Assembly (NCBI RefSeq): GCF_963921235.1
Contig: NC_086108.1
Coordinates: 69,876,001 to 69,940,000 of the forward strand
Reading direction: 5' to 3'
DNA length: 64,000 bases
DNA from: Mobula hypostoma
Lineage: Eukaryota
The position numbers and the translations under genes were made by a program. Shown piece by piece: positions 12,593-25,655 of the stretch (position 1 is the first letter of the stretch; each line of letters begins with the position of its first letter). Below the pieces are notes generated by a model. It was given only the letters and a program-made list of their open reading frames with translations, had not been told where the DNA came from and did not search any database.

Positions 12593-13440
12593 GATATTAC
12601 TCAAAATGGTTGAATAGAACACATTTAAAGCCTACAATTAAGTAAAAACTTTCTTTTGCCTAACAGAAATTTTGTATTATTTCTTAATATTTAATAAAAC
12701 ACTATAACTTTGTGGTTACATAAATGCATTCATTTAAGAAATGCATTGTTTAGATTTCATCTGGTAAATTTTAAGTGGTTCGTTTCTCAGGGAAATTGGA
12801 CTTCAAAAAGATGTGGTGGAACAATTAACATCCTGCAAGAGTTGTGAGAATATTCTTTTTAGTGCTGTACAATGAAATATTGGAATGTGTGCTCCTGCTC
12901 CACATCAGAAACTTGTAGTGATGTCTGTTGCAATTCTCTAAGTATGCAATTTCATCTGCCAAATTTATGTCAACACTGCAAATCAAAAAGGCAACCAAGA
13001 ATAGATTTTGGATAGCTGTACAAACCTATTTTAGTGCACTGTCCATAATGTCATGCTACAGAATTAAAAATGTACCACTTTGATGTATTGTTCATAAGTC
13101 CTGTTTGCAAATGTAGGACTCTCCTATTATGTTTCTTTATTGCCTGAACCTCTTTTCATAGATATGTGTACATATATAGTAAATATATATATATATATGG
13201 AGAATTTCATTAATATGAAGTGTGAACTTGGATACATGTTTATATATAGCAGATACAAAATGAAAATGAAGCCAATGACTGCTTTATAATTTAACACAGA
13301 GGCCTTGTTATTAATTTCAGAGTGTCACATTTGATTGAAACCTGTATATAATTTTATTCCAAAAATGAATGATTGCGGCTAGTTTTCATTCTGGTTATTG
13401 TAACAACATAATAAACCTTCATGGAGAACATTTGGAAGTG
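12593..13440 (+). other. OSBPL9: Probable OSBPL9 3'UTR with candidate poly(A) signals
   Basis: AT-rich sequence with no recognisable interspersed repeat after the stop; AATAAA at 12693-12698 and 13410-13415. The true end is unknown. Confidence 0.5.
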
Positions 13441-14569
13441 ATCATAATGATTTTTCTCAAATTAATGTTGCACTATTTGAATAACATATCTAGCAATATA
13501 GAAGTATTAGAAAATACGTAAACTTTTGGCTTACAGGGCAAGGAAAATGATTACAATATTTTTGTTTAACTGCAACTTTAATTTTACAGGATAAAAGTAA
13601 TATCTCTTTTGCTGTACACCAAAAAAGTTCACAATTTTTTCATTTCTCCTTACATATACATGTTCATTATACATTTGGATCCCTAGTTTCTCTTCTCATT
13701 AATACTTCTGCCTTTTCACTATTGACAAAATACACCTTGCACAAGCTGAAAGGAGATTACTAGAATTAATACTCCTGTACAATCATGCAAAGATGGGCTT
13801 ACAGCAGTTCACAACTTTTATACAGTGGGAATATGGAAGGAACTTTGTGACTCAAAAACTTAGTGCCCTGCTTAAGCTGCAGGAAAGGTTATCTGCTCAT
13901 AGTCACCAACTATTAGCAGCAGCTTTATATTTTAACATCTCAATAGCAGCTCCTGAAGCTAACCATTTTTTAAGCCATGAATACCATTGGCAACACCATC
14001 CTAATGCATGCCTGGTCTCAAAATTTTTGAACTGCCTTTTTAGCATCACCCTGGAGTTATTTCTGTAGACTGCAGCAACTTCAGAATCAATAATTTGGTA
14101 ACTGTTTAATTTAGAATATCTGCTGATTTCAAAGTGATCACCCATTTAAAATTGGTAAGAAGCGAGCAAATGGTACAGTTTTTCCTTATACTTCCTCTCT
14201 AAATACACTAACTTGTGTGGAGACCAAGTTTCATAATTTGATGATCATTCAAATCTTTCACATGCAAGTTTAAGTATTGCCAGTTAAAAACAATCAAATT
14301 ATTTACAAATAGCCAATTTTAAGTGTATTTGATTGAAACTTGCTGCCCTAACTGTGACCAATTGCTGAATACATCTGTAAGGGCAGCTAGTTAAGTTTAT
14401 AAAACATTCAATCTCACCTGTGTGCTACTAGTTTTCCCCAGATTTGTTAAATAGAATGCAGATTTATTTGCTGCAACTTTCTAATGTCAAATTCTTATAT
14501 ACAGCTTGAAGGGAGGGGAAAAAAGTCATCTAAGAACAAATATATACCTTTCCAATTTGAGTTCAGTGG

Positions 14570-14930
14570 AAACCATCATTCTTCCTCAGTAGTAGTCAAT
14601 TAAAGACAAGACAAACAGTAGAACAGCATCTCATATTCCACTTGGGTAACTTGCAAACCCATGGCATGAATGTTGAATTTTCTACTTTCAAGTAGTACAC
14701 TCCTGTTCCTTTCTACTGCCAACAGTCAACCCAGGTTCCCTCTCCTTTTCATCTTTTCCATCCTTATCCTCCATCTGCCCAGCATTCCTCACTCCCCCAA
14801 ACCTGGTCCTACTTAGCAGCTCCTGTATATGCTGGCCACCTTTCCTCCCCATCTCAGTCTGAAACACCAACATTCCTTCTGCCTCCACAGATGCTTCTTG
14901 ACCCACTGAATTCTTCCAGTAGTTATGCTC
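14570..14930 (+). mobile_element. Penelope-like element 3' fragment (end of the GIY-YIG ORF plus degenerate pLTR)
   Basis: Translates EQHLIFHLGNLQTHGMNVEFSTFK*, followed by a pyrimidine-rich tract and a pLTR-like ctgaaac...cagatgct...tgaattcttccag. Confidence 0.65.
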
Positions 14931-15405
14931 AAGTATAATAAATTTGCTTGGATGCACATTTTAATACATGCTATGTCTTTTAAGGTTATTGATGTGTAGA
15001 AATTCATGACTTTTTTTTTTAGAAACCAGAATCAATATTGTTTGCTCCTTTTAAAATTGTATGCACAATTTTTTTTTCACTCAAATTCTAGCTTATTTTT
15101 TCACTTTCATTTTGAGCTATAAAAATAAAACCACAATAAAGTATAACCCTTCCAGAACTTTCAAATGTTAGGACAAAATAAAACGTCAGAAGCAAGCCTT
15201 TCCACTTTAAGTTCTAAGGTACTCTAATATATAGTTAGCAACCACAATCTAAGATTGAAAAAGAACATGACTAGGAATTTTCAGTCTCCATCCCCTGTCA
15301 ATTAATTCCCACTGCAACCACCTTTATGGTAATTTAAGTATTCTAAAATATCAATGACATTTAAATAAAAAGAAAACACCAGTTAGTTTCAACTTATGAA
15401 TTGTA

Positions 15406-15411
15406 TTTATT
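15406..15411 (-). terminator. NRDC: Candidate NRDC poly(A) signal
   Basis: AATAAA on the minus strand ~590 nt after the stop, followed by a GU/U-rich downstream element (ggtgttttcttttt). Confidence 0.6.
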
Positions 15412-16001
15412 CTGATTACAGAATTATAATTCTTACAGGAAATTTAAAATGTCCCTACTCCCCACCAAAACTAGAAAGCAATAAAATCAAACACTACAAT
15501 TTAAAACAACTCCCTCACAGCTTTAATTAAAGATTAGTTATTGTTTTCTTTGCAAAAGTATCAGTTTGCTTTTTAAGAACACCAGTCCATTGGAGAATTA
15601 ACTAAGGCTGGATAATGATTACTTCTCATGCAGAACTGGTGTGTCAGGTTTGAGGCTTACTATGATCAGGAAGCATTCATAATACCTCTTCTCAAGAAAA
15701 TTATTGCCAAACTGTTATGACTTTTTCCCCCAAAAGGAAAAGTAATGGCAAACCAAAGTGCATTATCATTTAAATATCTACTTGTACCTGCGCCTCAGTG
15801 AATTGGTGCACATTATTGGATGATCCATAAAGGCATAAACTTCATAATAAACTCTTAGTTATATTAACATACTTTTGAAATATATCAGTTCATGGCGAAA
15901 TGCCTTTGCTCAAAGCAGAAACACTAATCAGATTTCATTTTATATGTCAACTGCACATTCTAAGCAACACACCACATTCTTATGGTTTGATTTAACTAAC
16001 C

Positions 16002-16196
16002 TCATTTCAAAATCTTATGAAAATTGTAAAGCTTTAGACTTGAAGTGAAAGCAGAGATGTTGTTAATGGCAATTGCATCTTTCATCAGAGGAGACACAGA
16101 TACGAAAGTTAGTTGGTTATTTTCTCCACCCACAGGCTGAGCTTCGCATGTGGAGTCTGTGGTCTTATCGGGTTCATGTCGCCCATATCCAATTAC
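16002..16196 (-). CDS. NRDC: Nardilysin last coding exon (VIGYGRHEPD...NQLTFVSVSPLMKDAIAINNISAFTSSLKLYNFHKILK*)
   Basis: Acceptor at 16197-16198, 65 codons ending in TGA; matches the nardilysin C-terminus (VVGYG...LTYLP.SPLL...F...L.L..YHKIVK). Confidence 0.93.
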   Translation of the reverse strand, partial: VIGYGRHEPDKTTDSTCEAQPVGGENNQLTFVSVSPLMKDAIAINNISAFTSSLKLYNFHKILK

Positions 16197-16311
16197 CTAT
16201 GAAACCATAATCAACAAGAATTAATGAGTATATCACAATCAATATTTCAATATGATAGGCCATTTGCCCTTCAACTATTACAGTTCTACTTTAATGTAAT
16301 CCAGCTGCTAT

Positions 16312-18308
16312 TAGAAACATAGAAACATAGAAACATAGAAAATAGGTGCAGGAGTAGGCCATTCGGCCCTTCGAGCCTGCACCGCCATTTATTATGATCA
16401 TGGCTGATCATCCAACTCAGAACCCAGCCTTCCCTCCATACCCCCTGACCCCTGTAGCCACAAGGGCCATATCTAACTTCCTTTTAAACATAGCTAATGA
16501 ACTGGCCTCAACAGTTTGCTGTGGCAGAGAATTCCACAGATTCACCACTCTCTGTGTGAAGAAGTTTTTCCTAACCTCGGTCCTAAAAGGCTTCCCCTCT
16601 ATCCTCAAACTGTGACCCCTCGTTCTAGACCTCCCCAACATCGGGAACAATCTTCCTGCATCTAGCCTGTCCAATCCCTTTAGGATCTTATACGTTTCAA
16701 TCAGATCCCCCCTCAATCTTCTAAATTCCAACGAGTACAAGCCCAGTTCATCCAGTCTTTCTTCATATGAAAGACCTGCCATCCCAGGAATCAATCTGGT
16801 GAACCTTCTTTGTACTCCCTCTATGGCAAAGATGTCTTTCCTCAGATTAGGGGACCAAAACTGCACACAATACTCCAGGTGTGGTCTCACCAAGGCCTTG
16901 TACAACTGCAGTAGTACCTCCCTGCTCCTGTACTCGAATCCTCTCGCTATAAATGCCAGCATACCGTTCGCCTTTTTCACCGCCTGCTGTACCTGCATGC
17001 CCACTTTCAATGACTGGTGTATAATGACACCCAGGTCTCGTTGCACCTCCCCTTTTCCTAATCGGCCACCATTCAGATAATAATCTGTTTTCCTATTTTT
17101 GCCACCAAAGTGGATAACTTCACATTTATCCACATTAAATTGCATCTGCCATGAGTTTGCCCACTCACCCAACCTATCCAAGTCACCCTGCATCCTCTTA
17201 GCATCCTCCTCACTGCTAACACTGCCACCCAGCTTCGTGTCATCCGCAAACTTGGAGATGCTGCATTTAATTCCCTCATCCAAGTCATTAATATATATTG
17301 TAAACAACTGGGGTCCCAGCACTGAGCCTTGCGGTACCCCACTAGTCACCGCCTGCCATTCTGAAAAGGTCCCGTTTATTCCCACTCTTTGCTTCCTGTC
17401 TGCTAACCAATTCTCCACCCACACCAATACCTTACCCCCAATACCGTGTGCTTTAAGTTTGCACACTAATCTCCTATGTGGGACCTTGTCAAAAGCCTTT
17501 TGAAAATCCAAATATACCACATCCACTGGTTCTCCCCTATCCACTCTACTAGTTACATCCTCAAAAAATTCTATGAGATTCGTCAGACATGATTTTCCTT
17601 TCACAAATCCATGCTGACTTTGTCCGATCATTTCACCGCTTTCCAAATGTGCTGTTATCACATCCTTGATAACTGACTCCAGCAGTTTCCCCACCACCGA
17701 CGTTAGGCTAACCGGCCTATAATTCCCCGGTTTCTCTCTCCCTCCTTTTTTAAAAAGTGGGGTTACATTAGCCACCCTCCAATCCTCAGGAACTAGTCCA
17801 GAATCTAACGAGTTTTGAAAAATTATCACTAATGCATCCACTATTTCTTGGGCCACTTCCTTAAGCACTCTGGGATGCAGACCATCTGGCCCTGGGGATT
17901 TATCTGCCTTCAATCCCTTCAATTTACCTAACACCACTTCCCTACTAACATGTATTTCGCTCAGTTCCTCCATCTCACTGGACCCTCTGTCCCTTACTAT
18001 TTCTGGAAGATTATTTATGTCCTCCTTAGTGAAGACAGAACCAAAGTAATTATTCAATTGGTCTGCCATGTCCTTGCTCCCCATAATCAATTCACCTGTT
18101 TCTGTTTGCAGGGGACCTACATTTGTCTTTATAAGTCTTTTCCTTTTTACATATCTATAAAAGCTTTTACAGTCCGTTTTTATGTTCTCTGCCAGTTTTC
18201 TCTCATAATCTTTTTTCCCCTTCCTAATTAAGCCCTTTGTCCTCCTCTGCTGAACTCTGAATTTCTCCCAGTCCTCAGGTGAGCCACTTTGTCTGGCTAA
18301 TTTGTATT
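16312..18308 (-). mobile_element. Young 5'-truncated CR1 LINE with an uninterrupted ORF2 part
   Basis: 646-aa ORF 16417-18357 with the full RT motif set; (TAGAAACA)n tail; near-identical to 5186-6728. Confidence 0.95.
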
Positions 18309-20430
18309 CAATGTCAATGTCAATAGCACTGCAACTGTTTCTTCTTCCAGATGACAACCAATAGCAGCATGAAAATCATTTTCTCTTCTCACTCAAATTC
18401 CATGGCTAATCACCATCATGTAATGTACTCCAGTTCTTGCCCTATTATGGCACCAGGAATAGTTTCTATTTACAATGTCTTGAGACTTAAAGATTTAAAA
18501 TCCCAGATATACTTTCGATTTCCCCAACTTTCAATATAGTAACCTCTTCTGCTTCAATACCATCAACAACAGTCTCTTCAGCGTATCTACAACAAAAATT
18601 GATTTCAGGGCTGAATATTCTCAATCTTTTTTGGACTTTTCCTGAAGATTTCAAGTCTTTTCTGAAATGCCCATTATTACACTGATGCGAGTAATATACA
18701 TCATATCTGCACTGTGGCACACGCCATAAATGTACTGTAACTAAGTGAAATCATACAGTGCCAAAATACAAGATCCACATTCATAACTGATTTTCAGGGT
18801 GCATTACATGAGTACTGCTTATATTTTATTTGAGAGGGGTTCTAGCATTTTCTCCGACTCACAACGCTCAGGGATTAGGTAAGAGTTCTGGAAGTGGGAA
18901 AGTGATGGAATTCAAAGATCAAGGTTCATGGGAGAAATGTGGTGTAAAAGTAGTTCAAGTTGAGTAAAGGCCTAGGGGTTAGTTTAAGAAGCCAGCCCAG
19001 GCTGCTGCAGATCCCCACAATGCAGCACTTGAGACAACGCCTCACAGATGAAGGATGTGGAAATGCAGCACTCTGAAAAGCCTGATCACAACTTCAGACC
19101 AGCAAAAGAGGGGCTTGTGACTGGAAACCCAATCAACATAGTGACACCATACCCAAATCATTTTGCCTTATTTTCTACTCTGACGGGCCTCATTTATCTT
19201 TAGTTCTCTATACCTGCCTCACATTTCCTTTATCTCTAACCAATCTCAATAATACTCAATGCCCAGAATCACCTGAACCTGTTCCAGGCCTTTACATTTG
19301 CACTGAATTCTTGTTATTTCTCCTTTGAATTCCTTCCCACAGTGCAAATGTACTCTTCGCTGTAAATGGATGCTCCTGTTCTAATGAAATCAGCATTCCG
19401 CCATTTTAAGATGTTTATTTCTGGCCCACCCCCATCTTTTTCCAAGTACTTTGAAATATAGAGCTACAGTCACTCCTCCCATAATACACCCCCACCAACA
19501 TTCCTTTCACTCAATCAGCTTCTTTGCCCAAGATCCAGTAATGCTCCTTTCCTCATTAGTTTAATCAAAATTCTGTGTCAAAAAGCTGTCCAGATACATT
19601 TCAAAAATTCCATCCTTCCTCAGCCTTTAAGACAAGCCCAATTATTCTTCAGGAAATTAACATTCTCTGGTACCATAACCCAATTGTATTGCCAAAATAT
19701 TGTTCTTTTATCTCTCATTGTCTTGTTGGGAGATCTGTAATACATCCTAATAAGATGTCAACATACTTTGTTCCTAATTTCTACTCATTTGAGAAACTTT
19801 CAAGGATATCCTCTCTCAGTACTGAAGTCATGCACTAATTAACAGTGCAATGCCACCTCCTCTTTCACTTCCCTGTCTCACCTGAATATATTGTACCCTG
19901 GGATATTGAGTTGCTAGTACTGTCCACCTTCAACCATGTCTCTGTGATGGCATCCATATTGTGTTTCTATGCATAAATCAGCTGAGTTCATCTACTTTAC
20001 TAGTTGTCTCCTTGTGTTTAAATAGGCGCAATATAGCTTTGAATTCCCATTATGACTTCCTCTGCCAACTGGACTTGCTATTTTCCTCTCCATCCAAACA
20101 CCTAGACCAACAGCACAGGCAAATCTTCCCCTCAATGAGGTTGGTCCTGTTCTAGTTAAGGTGTAATCTCCCTTCCCCAGAAGCAATCCTAGTGATTCAG
20201 GAAACTAAACACCATCCCTTCAAACAAGCATTCATCTGACCTATGCTAATACTCAATAATCTTAGCACTAGAAGCAATCCAGAAGGGTAGTTGTAAGGAA
20301 AGATTGTAATGGCTGAGTTTATTCTCATTAGAATGTAGGAAGGTGAGGAGTGACCTTACAAAATGAAACAGGGTACAGATAGTAATTTTCCCAGGGAATT
20401 AGAGTCTGGAACTAAAGGGTGCAGGTTTAA

Positions 20431-20762
20431 AAACACAAACACGAGGAAATCTGCAGATGCTGGAATTTCAAGCAACACACATAAAAGTTGCTGGTGAATG
20501 CAGCAGGCCAGGCAGCACCTCTAGGAAGAGGTACAGTCGACATTTTGGGCCGACGAAATACGAGGGCAAACTAGCCAACAATAAAAAGCACAATACTAAA
20601 AGTTTTTTCAGTTATATAGAGTAAAAGGGAAGTAGATATTGGACTAGTGGAAAATGATGCTGGTGAAGTAGTAATGGGGGACAAAGATATGGCCCCGAAA
20701 CGTCGACTGTACCTCTTCCAAGGGATGCTGCCTGGCCTGCTGCATTCACCAGCAACTTTTAT
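20431..20762. mobile_element. Fold-back Penelope-like pLTR insert enclosing a CR1 fragment
   Basis: 14-bp TSD GGGTGCAGGTTTAA (20417-20430 / 20763-20776); inverted pLTR arms; loop ~20553-20692 is CR1 ORF2-like. Confidence 0.85.
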
Positions 20763-23234
20763 GGGTGCAGGTTTAATGTGGTTTGTGGTGGGGGGGGGAG
20801 CAGGGATTTTAAAGGAGCTCTGAGGGATGTTTTTGCAGACAAATGATGCTAGTTTTCTGGAAAAGACTGCTAGAGGCAGAAACAACGACAATACTTAAAA
20901 GGCATTTGGACAGGAAAGACGTAGCATGCAGGCCCAAGGCAGACAAGTAGGATTAGTATGGATAGGATGATGCCAATACAAATACATAAAGCACTGAATT
21001 GCAGCAATTTGGTGTTTTTGAGCAGTGGCCAATCAGAGATCTGAAGCATGAGAAGATGTAGCTCATCGATGGAGTGCATAAGGCATTGACTCACAGCAGT
21101 TTGGTGTTTTTGAGCAGGAGCCAATAAGCAATCCAGATTGATTTGCAAGAACAAATTAAATTAAAGCAGGGACAAGTGGAGCGGCCATTTTTGGAGTGGA
21201 CAGTGTTAAAGAATGGGGGTTTTGAAGTTTCAGCGAGGAGAGACTTGGGTCACAAAGCATAAAGCTGTAGTTAGATTCCCCCTCACAGATGATTATCCTT
21301 CTTTGTACAAACGTTTGTATTTACTCAGTTAGAGTAGGAGGATGCCAGGCAAGATAGATGAATGTTCCTCTTGTAGGATATGGGAAGACAGGGAGACTCC
21401 ATTGTTCCTGATGACTATACCTGTGAAAAGTGCATCTTATACTCCACCTTAAGGAATTTGAACTGGAACTGGATGAAGTCCGGATCATTCAGGAGACTGA
21501 TGGGGGGTGATAGGTAGGACATATAGGGAGGTTGTTACACCCAAGGTGCAGGACCCAAAAACTGGGTCACAGGAAGGGGCAAGTTGTTAAACAGCCAATG
21601 GGCACCAGGTCCAACTCTCTGACTCAGAAAGGAAGGCGGAGGGGGGGAAAGAGGTGAGCAGTGGTGAGAGGAGATTCGTTAGTTAGGAGAACAGAAGGGA
21701 GATCCTGTGGATGCAAACGAGATTCCCTGATGATATGTTGTCTCCTAGGTGCTGGGAAATCTCGGATCGAGTCTTTAGCTATTCAGCCTTCCACTTAAAA
21801 ATGCTGGAGGACATGGTCCATGTTGGTAGCAATGACATAGATAGGAAGAGTGATGAGGTTTTGGAAAATGAATTCAGGGAGGTAGGTGCTAAGGTAAAAG
21901 GCAGGATCTCCAGGGTTGTGATCTCAGGATTGCCATGTGCTATTGAGGCCAGAAATAGGGAGATTATAGAGGTTAACTAACAGTGGCTGAAGAATTGGTG
22001 CAGGAGGGAGGACATAAAATTTTTTTAGATCTTTGGGCTGTTTTCCAGGGAAGGTAGGACCTGTACAGAAGAGACTGTTTGGACCTGAACTGGAAGGGGA
22101 CTAATATCCTAGCAGAAAGGTATACCAATGCTGTACAGGGGGTTTTAAACTAGAATTGCAAGGTGTCAGGAACCAGAGTGCCAGCACAGATAAAGGAGAG
22201 GTTGTGGACACATGTTGTTAAGACCTCAAAGTCAGGAACCAAAAGGTTCAGCATGGTGCAACTGATATCCTGAGTTGCACGTATTTAAATACAAGTAGTA
22301 TTGTAGGAAAGGCAGGTGAGCTCAGGGCACGGATCAAAACATGGAACTGTGATATTGTGGCCATTCGTGAGACTTGCTTGCAGGAGGGACAGAACTGGCA
22401 ACTTAATATTCTGGGTTTTTGTTGGTTAAGATGCGACAGAGTGGGCGGGCAAGTGATATTGCTGTTCAGAGGAAGTGTCACAGCAGTACTGAGTACAGAC
22501 TGGAGAATTCGCCTACTGAGGTGTTATGCATGGAAATGAGGAATAAGAAAGGCATGACCATGTTAATGGGCTGTATTACCTACCACCCAACAGTCCATGG
22601 GAATTAGAGGAACAAATTTGTAGAGAGATCGCAGACTGTTTCAAGAAACAAGATTGTTATAGTAGGTGATTTTAACTTTCCACGTGTTGATTGGGACTCC
22701 CATGCTGTAAAAAGACTACATGGATGGAGCTTGTCAAATGTGTTCAGAAAAGTCTCTAATCAGTATGTAGAAGTCTCAACAAGAGAGACCATATCTTATG
22801 AGTAATTAATGCAGAAAACCAGGTAATTGCAAAAGGTTCACAAACTGAGGAAAAGGATTGCAAGAGACAAAGCTGGTCCTCTGTAAGATCAGAACAGTAG
22901 TCAATGTGTGGAGCCAAAAGAGATGGGGGAAGACCTTAAATGGATGTTTTTGTATCTGCATTTACTCTGGAGTCAGACACAGAGCATACAGAAGTGAGCC
23001 AAGGTAGCATCGACTTCATGGACCCTTTACAGATTACAGAGGAGGGAGGTGTTTGCCGTCTTGAGGCAAATTAGGGTGGATAAGTCTCTACGGCCTGACA
23101 AGGTGTTCTCTTGGACCCTGTGGGAAGCAAGTGCAGAAATTGCAGGGGCCCTAGCAGAGATATTTAAATTACTCTTAGTAACAGGTAAGGTACCAGAGGG
23201 TTGGAGGATAGCTAATGTTGTTCAGCTGTTTAAG

Positions 23235-23490
23235 ATCACAAGATCACAAGACAAAGAAGCAGATGCAGGCCATTCAGCCCATCGAGTCTGCTCCACCATG
23301 AGCTATTCTCCCACCTAGTTCCAATTTCCGGCTTTTTCCCCATATCCCTTGATACCCTGACTAATTAGATACCTATCAATCTCCTCCGTAAACACCCTCA
23401 ATGATCAGGCCTCTGCAGCTGTATGTGGCAACGAATTCCATAAATCCATGACCTTCTGGCTAAAAAATTTCTCCCCATCTGTTTTAAATC
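23235..23490 (-). mobile_element. Short CR1 3' end nested antisense inside the old CR1
   Basis: (ATCACAAG)n tail; flanked by ctgtttaaga / ctgttttaaga; the host frame NVVQLFK resumes as K..NYRPVSL after the insert. Confidence 0.7.
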
Positions 23491-23719
23491 TCTGTTTTAA
23501 GAAAAGCTCTAAAAATTAATCGGAAAATTATAGACCGGTGAGCCTGGCATCAATAGTGGGAACGTTATTGTAAGGTATACCAAGGGACCAGATATGAGTG
23601 TCTGGATAGACATGGACTGATTGATGATAGCATTGCTTCGTGAGTGGTAGGACATGTCCAACTGAGCTTATAATGTTTTTCGAGGAGGTTACCAGGAAAG
23701 CTGATAAAGATAAGGCAGT

Positions 23720-23801
23720 GGACTTCAGTGGCAGTGGATAAGACAGTGTCTACATGGACTTCAGTGGCAGTGGATAAGACAGTGTCTACATGGACTTCAG
23801 T
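23720..23801 (+). repeat. 36-bp tandem duplication (2.3 copies)
   Basis: GGACTTCAGTGGCAGTGGATAAGACAGTGTCTACAT twice, then GGACTTCAGT. Confidence 0.9.
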
Positions 23802-25019
23802 AAGGCGTTTGACAAGATCCTGCATGGGAGGTTGGTCAAGCAGGTTCAGTTGCTCAGAATTCAAGACGAGGTATAAATTGGATTAGGCACTGGTTTTCTC
23901 AGAGAAGCCAGAGACCAGTAGTAGATGGTTGCCTCTCTGACTGGAGGTCTGTGACTAGGGAGCTGTCATAGGCATTGGTGTTGGATCCATGTTTATTTGT
24001 CGTCTATATCACTGATCTGGATGATAATGTGGTTAACTGGATCAGCAAATTTGCAGACAACAGCAAGATTGGGTGTAGCGGACAGAGAGGAAAACTATCA
24101 GAGCTTGCAGTGGGATCTGGACCAGTTGGGAAAATGGGCTGAAAAACGGCAGATGGAATTTAATACAGATGAGTGCAAGGTATTCCACTTCAGTCGGACC
24201 AACCAGGGTACTTCTTATGCAGTGACGGGTTGGGCACTGAGGAGTGCTGTAGAACAAAGGGATCTGGAAATATGGGTCCATAATTTAATCGAAAGTGGCG
24301 TCACAGGTAGATATTGTCAGAAAGAAAGCTTCTGGCACATTGGCCTTCATAAATCAAAGTACTGAGTATAGGAGATGGATGCTACGTTGAATAAGATATC
24401 GGTGAAGTCTACTTTAGAGTATTTGCAGTTTTGGTCACCTACCCACAGGAAAGATGTAAATAAGATTGAAAAAGTACAGAGAAAATTTACAAGGATGTTG
24501 CTGGGTCTGGAGGAGCTGAGTTATACGGAATTAATGAATAGGTTAGGACTTTAATCCTTGGAACGTAGAATACCGAGGGGAGATTTGATAGGGGGTATAC
24601 AAAATTATGAGAAGTATAGATAGGGTAAATGCAAGCAGGCTTCCCCCCCCCACTGAGGTTGGGGGGGAATACAGAGGTCATGGGTTAAGGGTGAAAGGTG
24701 AAAAGTTTAAGGGGAACTTGAGAGTGTAGAACAAGCTGCCACCGTAGTGGTGCATGTAGCTTGATTTCAACGTTTAAGGGAAATTTGGATAGGTACGTGG
24801 ATATTGGGGGTGTGAAGGGCTATGGATCCAGAGCAGGTTAATTGGAGTAGGCAGTTTAAATGCTTCAGCATGGACCAGATGGGCCAAAGGGCCTGTTTCT
24901 GTGCTGTATTTATCTATGACTAATCAGCCATGATGGAATGGCAGAGCAGACTCAATTGGCATCATTATAAGACACATCTACTGATGGATTTGAGGAAATA
25001 TGCTGTACATTATCAGATG

Positions 25020-25655
25020 AAGTGGGCTTTAAAAACTGACAACAGTACCTGGGGGTGACCTGGATGACAGATTTGAGTACAGTACCAACACAGAGGCTGT
25101 GTACAAGAAGGGCCAAAGTTGCCTCTACTTCCAAAGAAGACTGAGGTCCTTTGGAGTATGTAGGTCTCTGTTCACACGTCCTACCAGTCTGTTGTCACCA
25201 GTACTATCTTCTATGAATGATCAACATGAACGATGCCAACAGGCTCAGTAAACTGATTATAAAGGCTGACTCTGTTATAGGAGTCAAATTGGAGGCTGTG
25301 ATAGAACAAAGGATGCTACAGAAAATCCCGGCAATTCTAGACAATGTTTCTCACCCTCTGCGTACCATCTTGGCTGAACAGGAGAGCACTTTCAGTAATA
25401 GACTAAAGACAAATGCACTGCTCCAAAGAGTGTTATACGAGATCATTCTTACCCTCGTCCATTAGACTCTTATATAATGAGTCAACCTATAACCAGGAAA
25501 GCGATGACCCCCTCCACCCCCATTAGACTGTTTGAGGCAACTTATTTTTTTATTCCTTCTTACTTCTCTTCCAATATTAGCATATCAGTGCATTTGTGAT
25601 GCTACTGTGACACCATAATTTCCTTTGGGACCAATAAAATATCCATCTATCTAAA
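25020..25655 (+). mobile_element. Rex1/Babar-like LINE 3' fragment
   Basis: ORF 25217-25465 (DANRLSKLIIKADSVIG...ILDNVSHPL) and a (TATC)n tail at ~25640. Confidence 0.7.

Larger units (their letters stand above)
20995..24920 (+). mobile_element. Old, near full-length but degenerate CR1 LINE (5'UTR repeats, ORF1 esterase, ORF2 APE and RT)
   Basis: GDSLV and VHVGSND esterase motifs (21660-21840), IVGDFNFP APE motif (~22655), RT fragments; many stops; duplicated 5' motif at ~21002 and ~21096. Confidence 0.85.

Noticed and set aside
23720..23801. 36-bp repeats of CRISPR-like length
   Set aside because: Head-to-tail with no spacers, inside a dead CR1 in vertebrate DNA; a simple tandem duplication.
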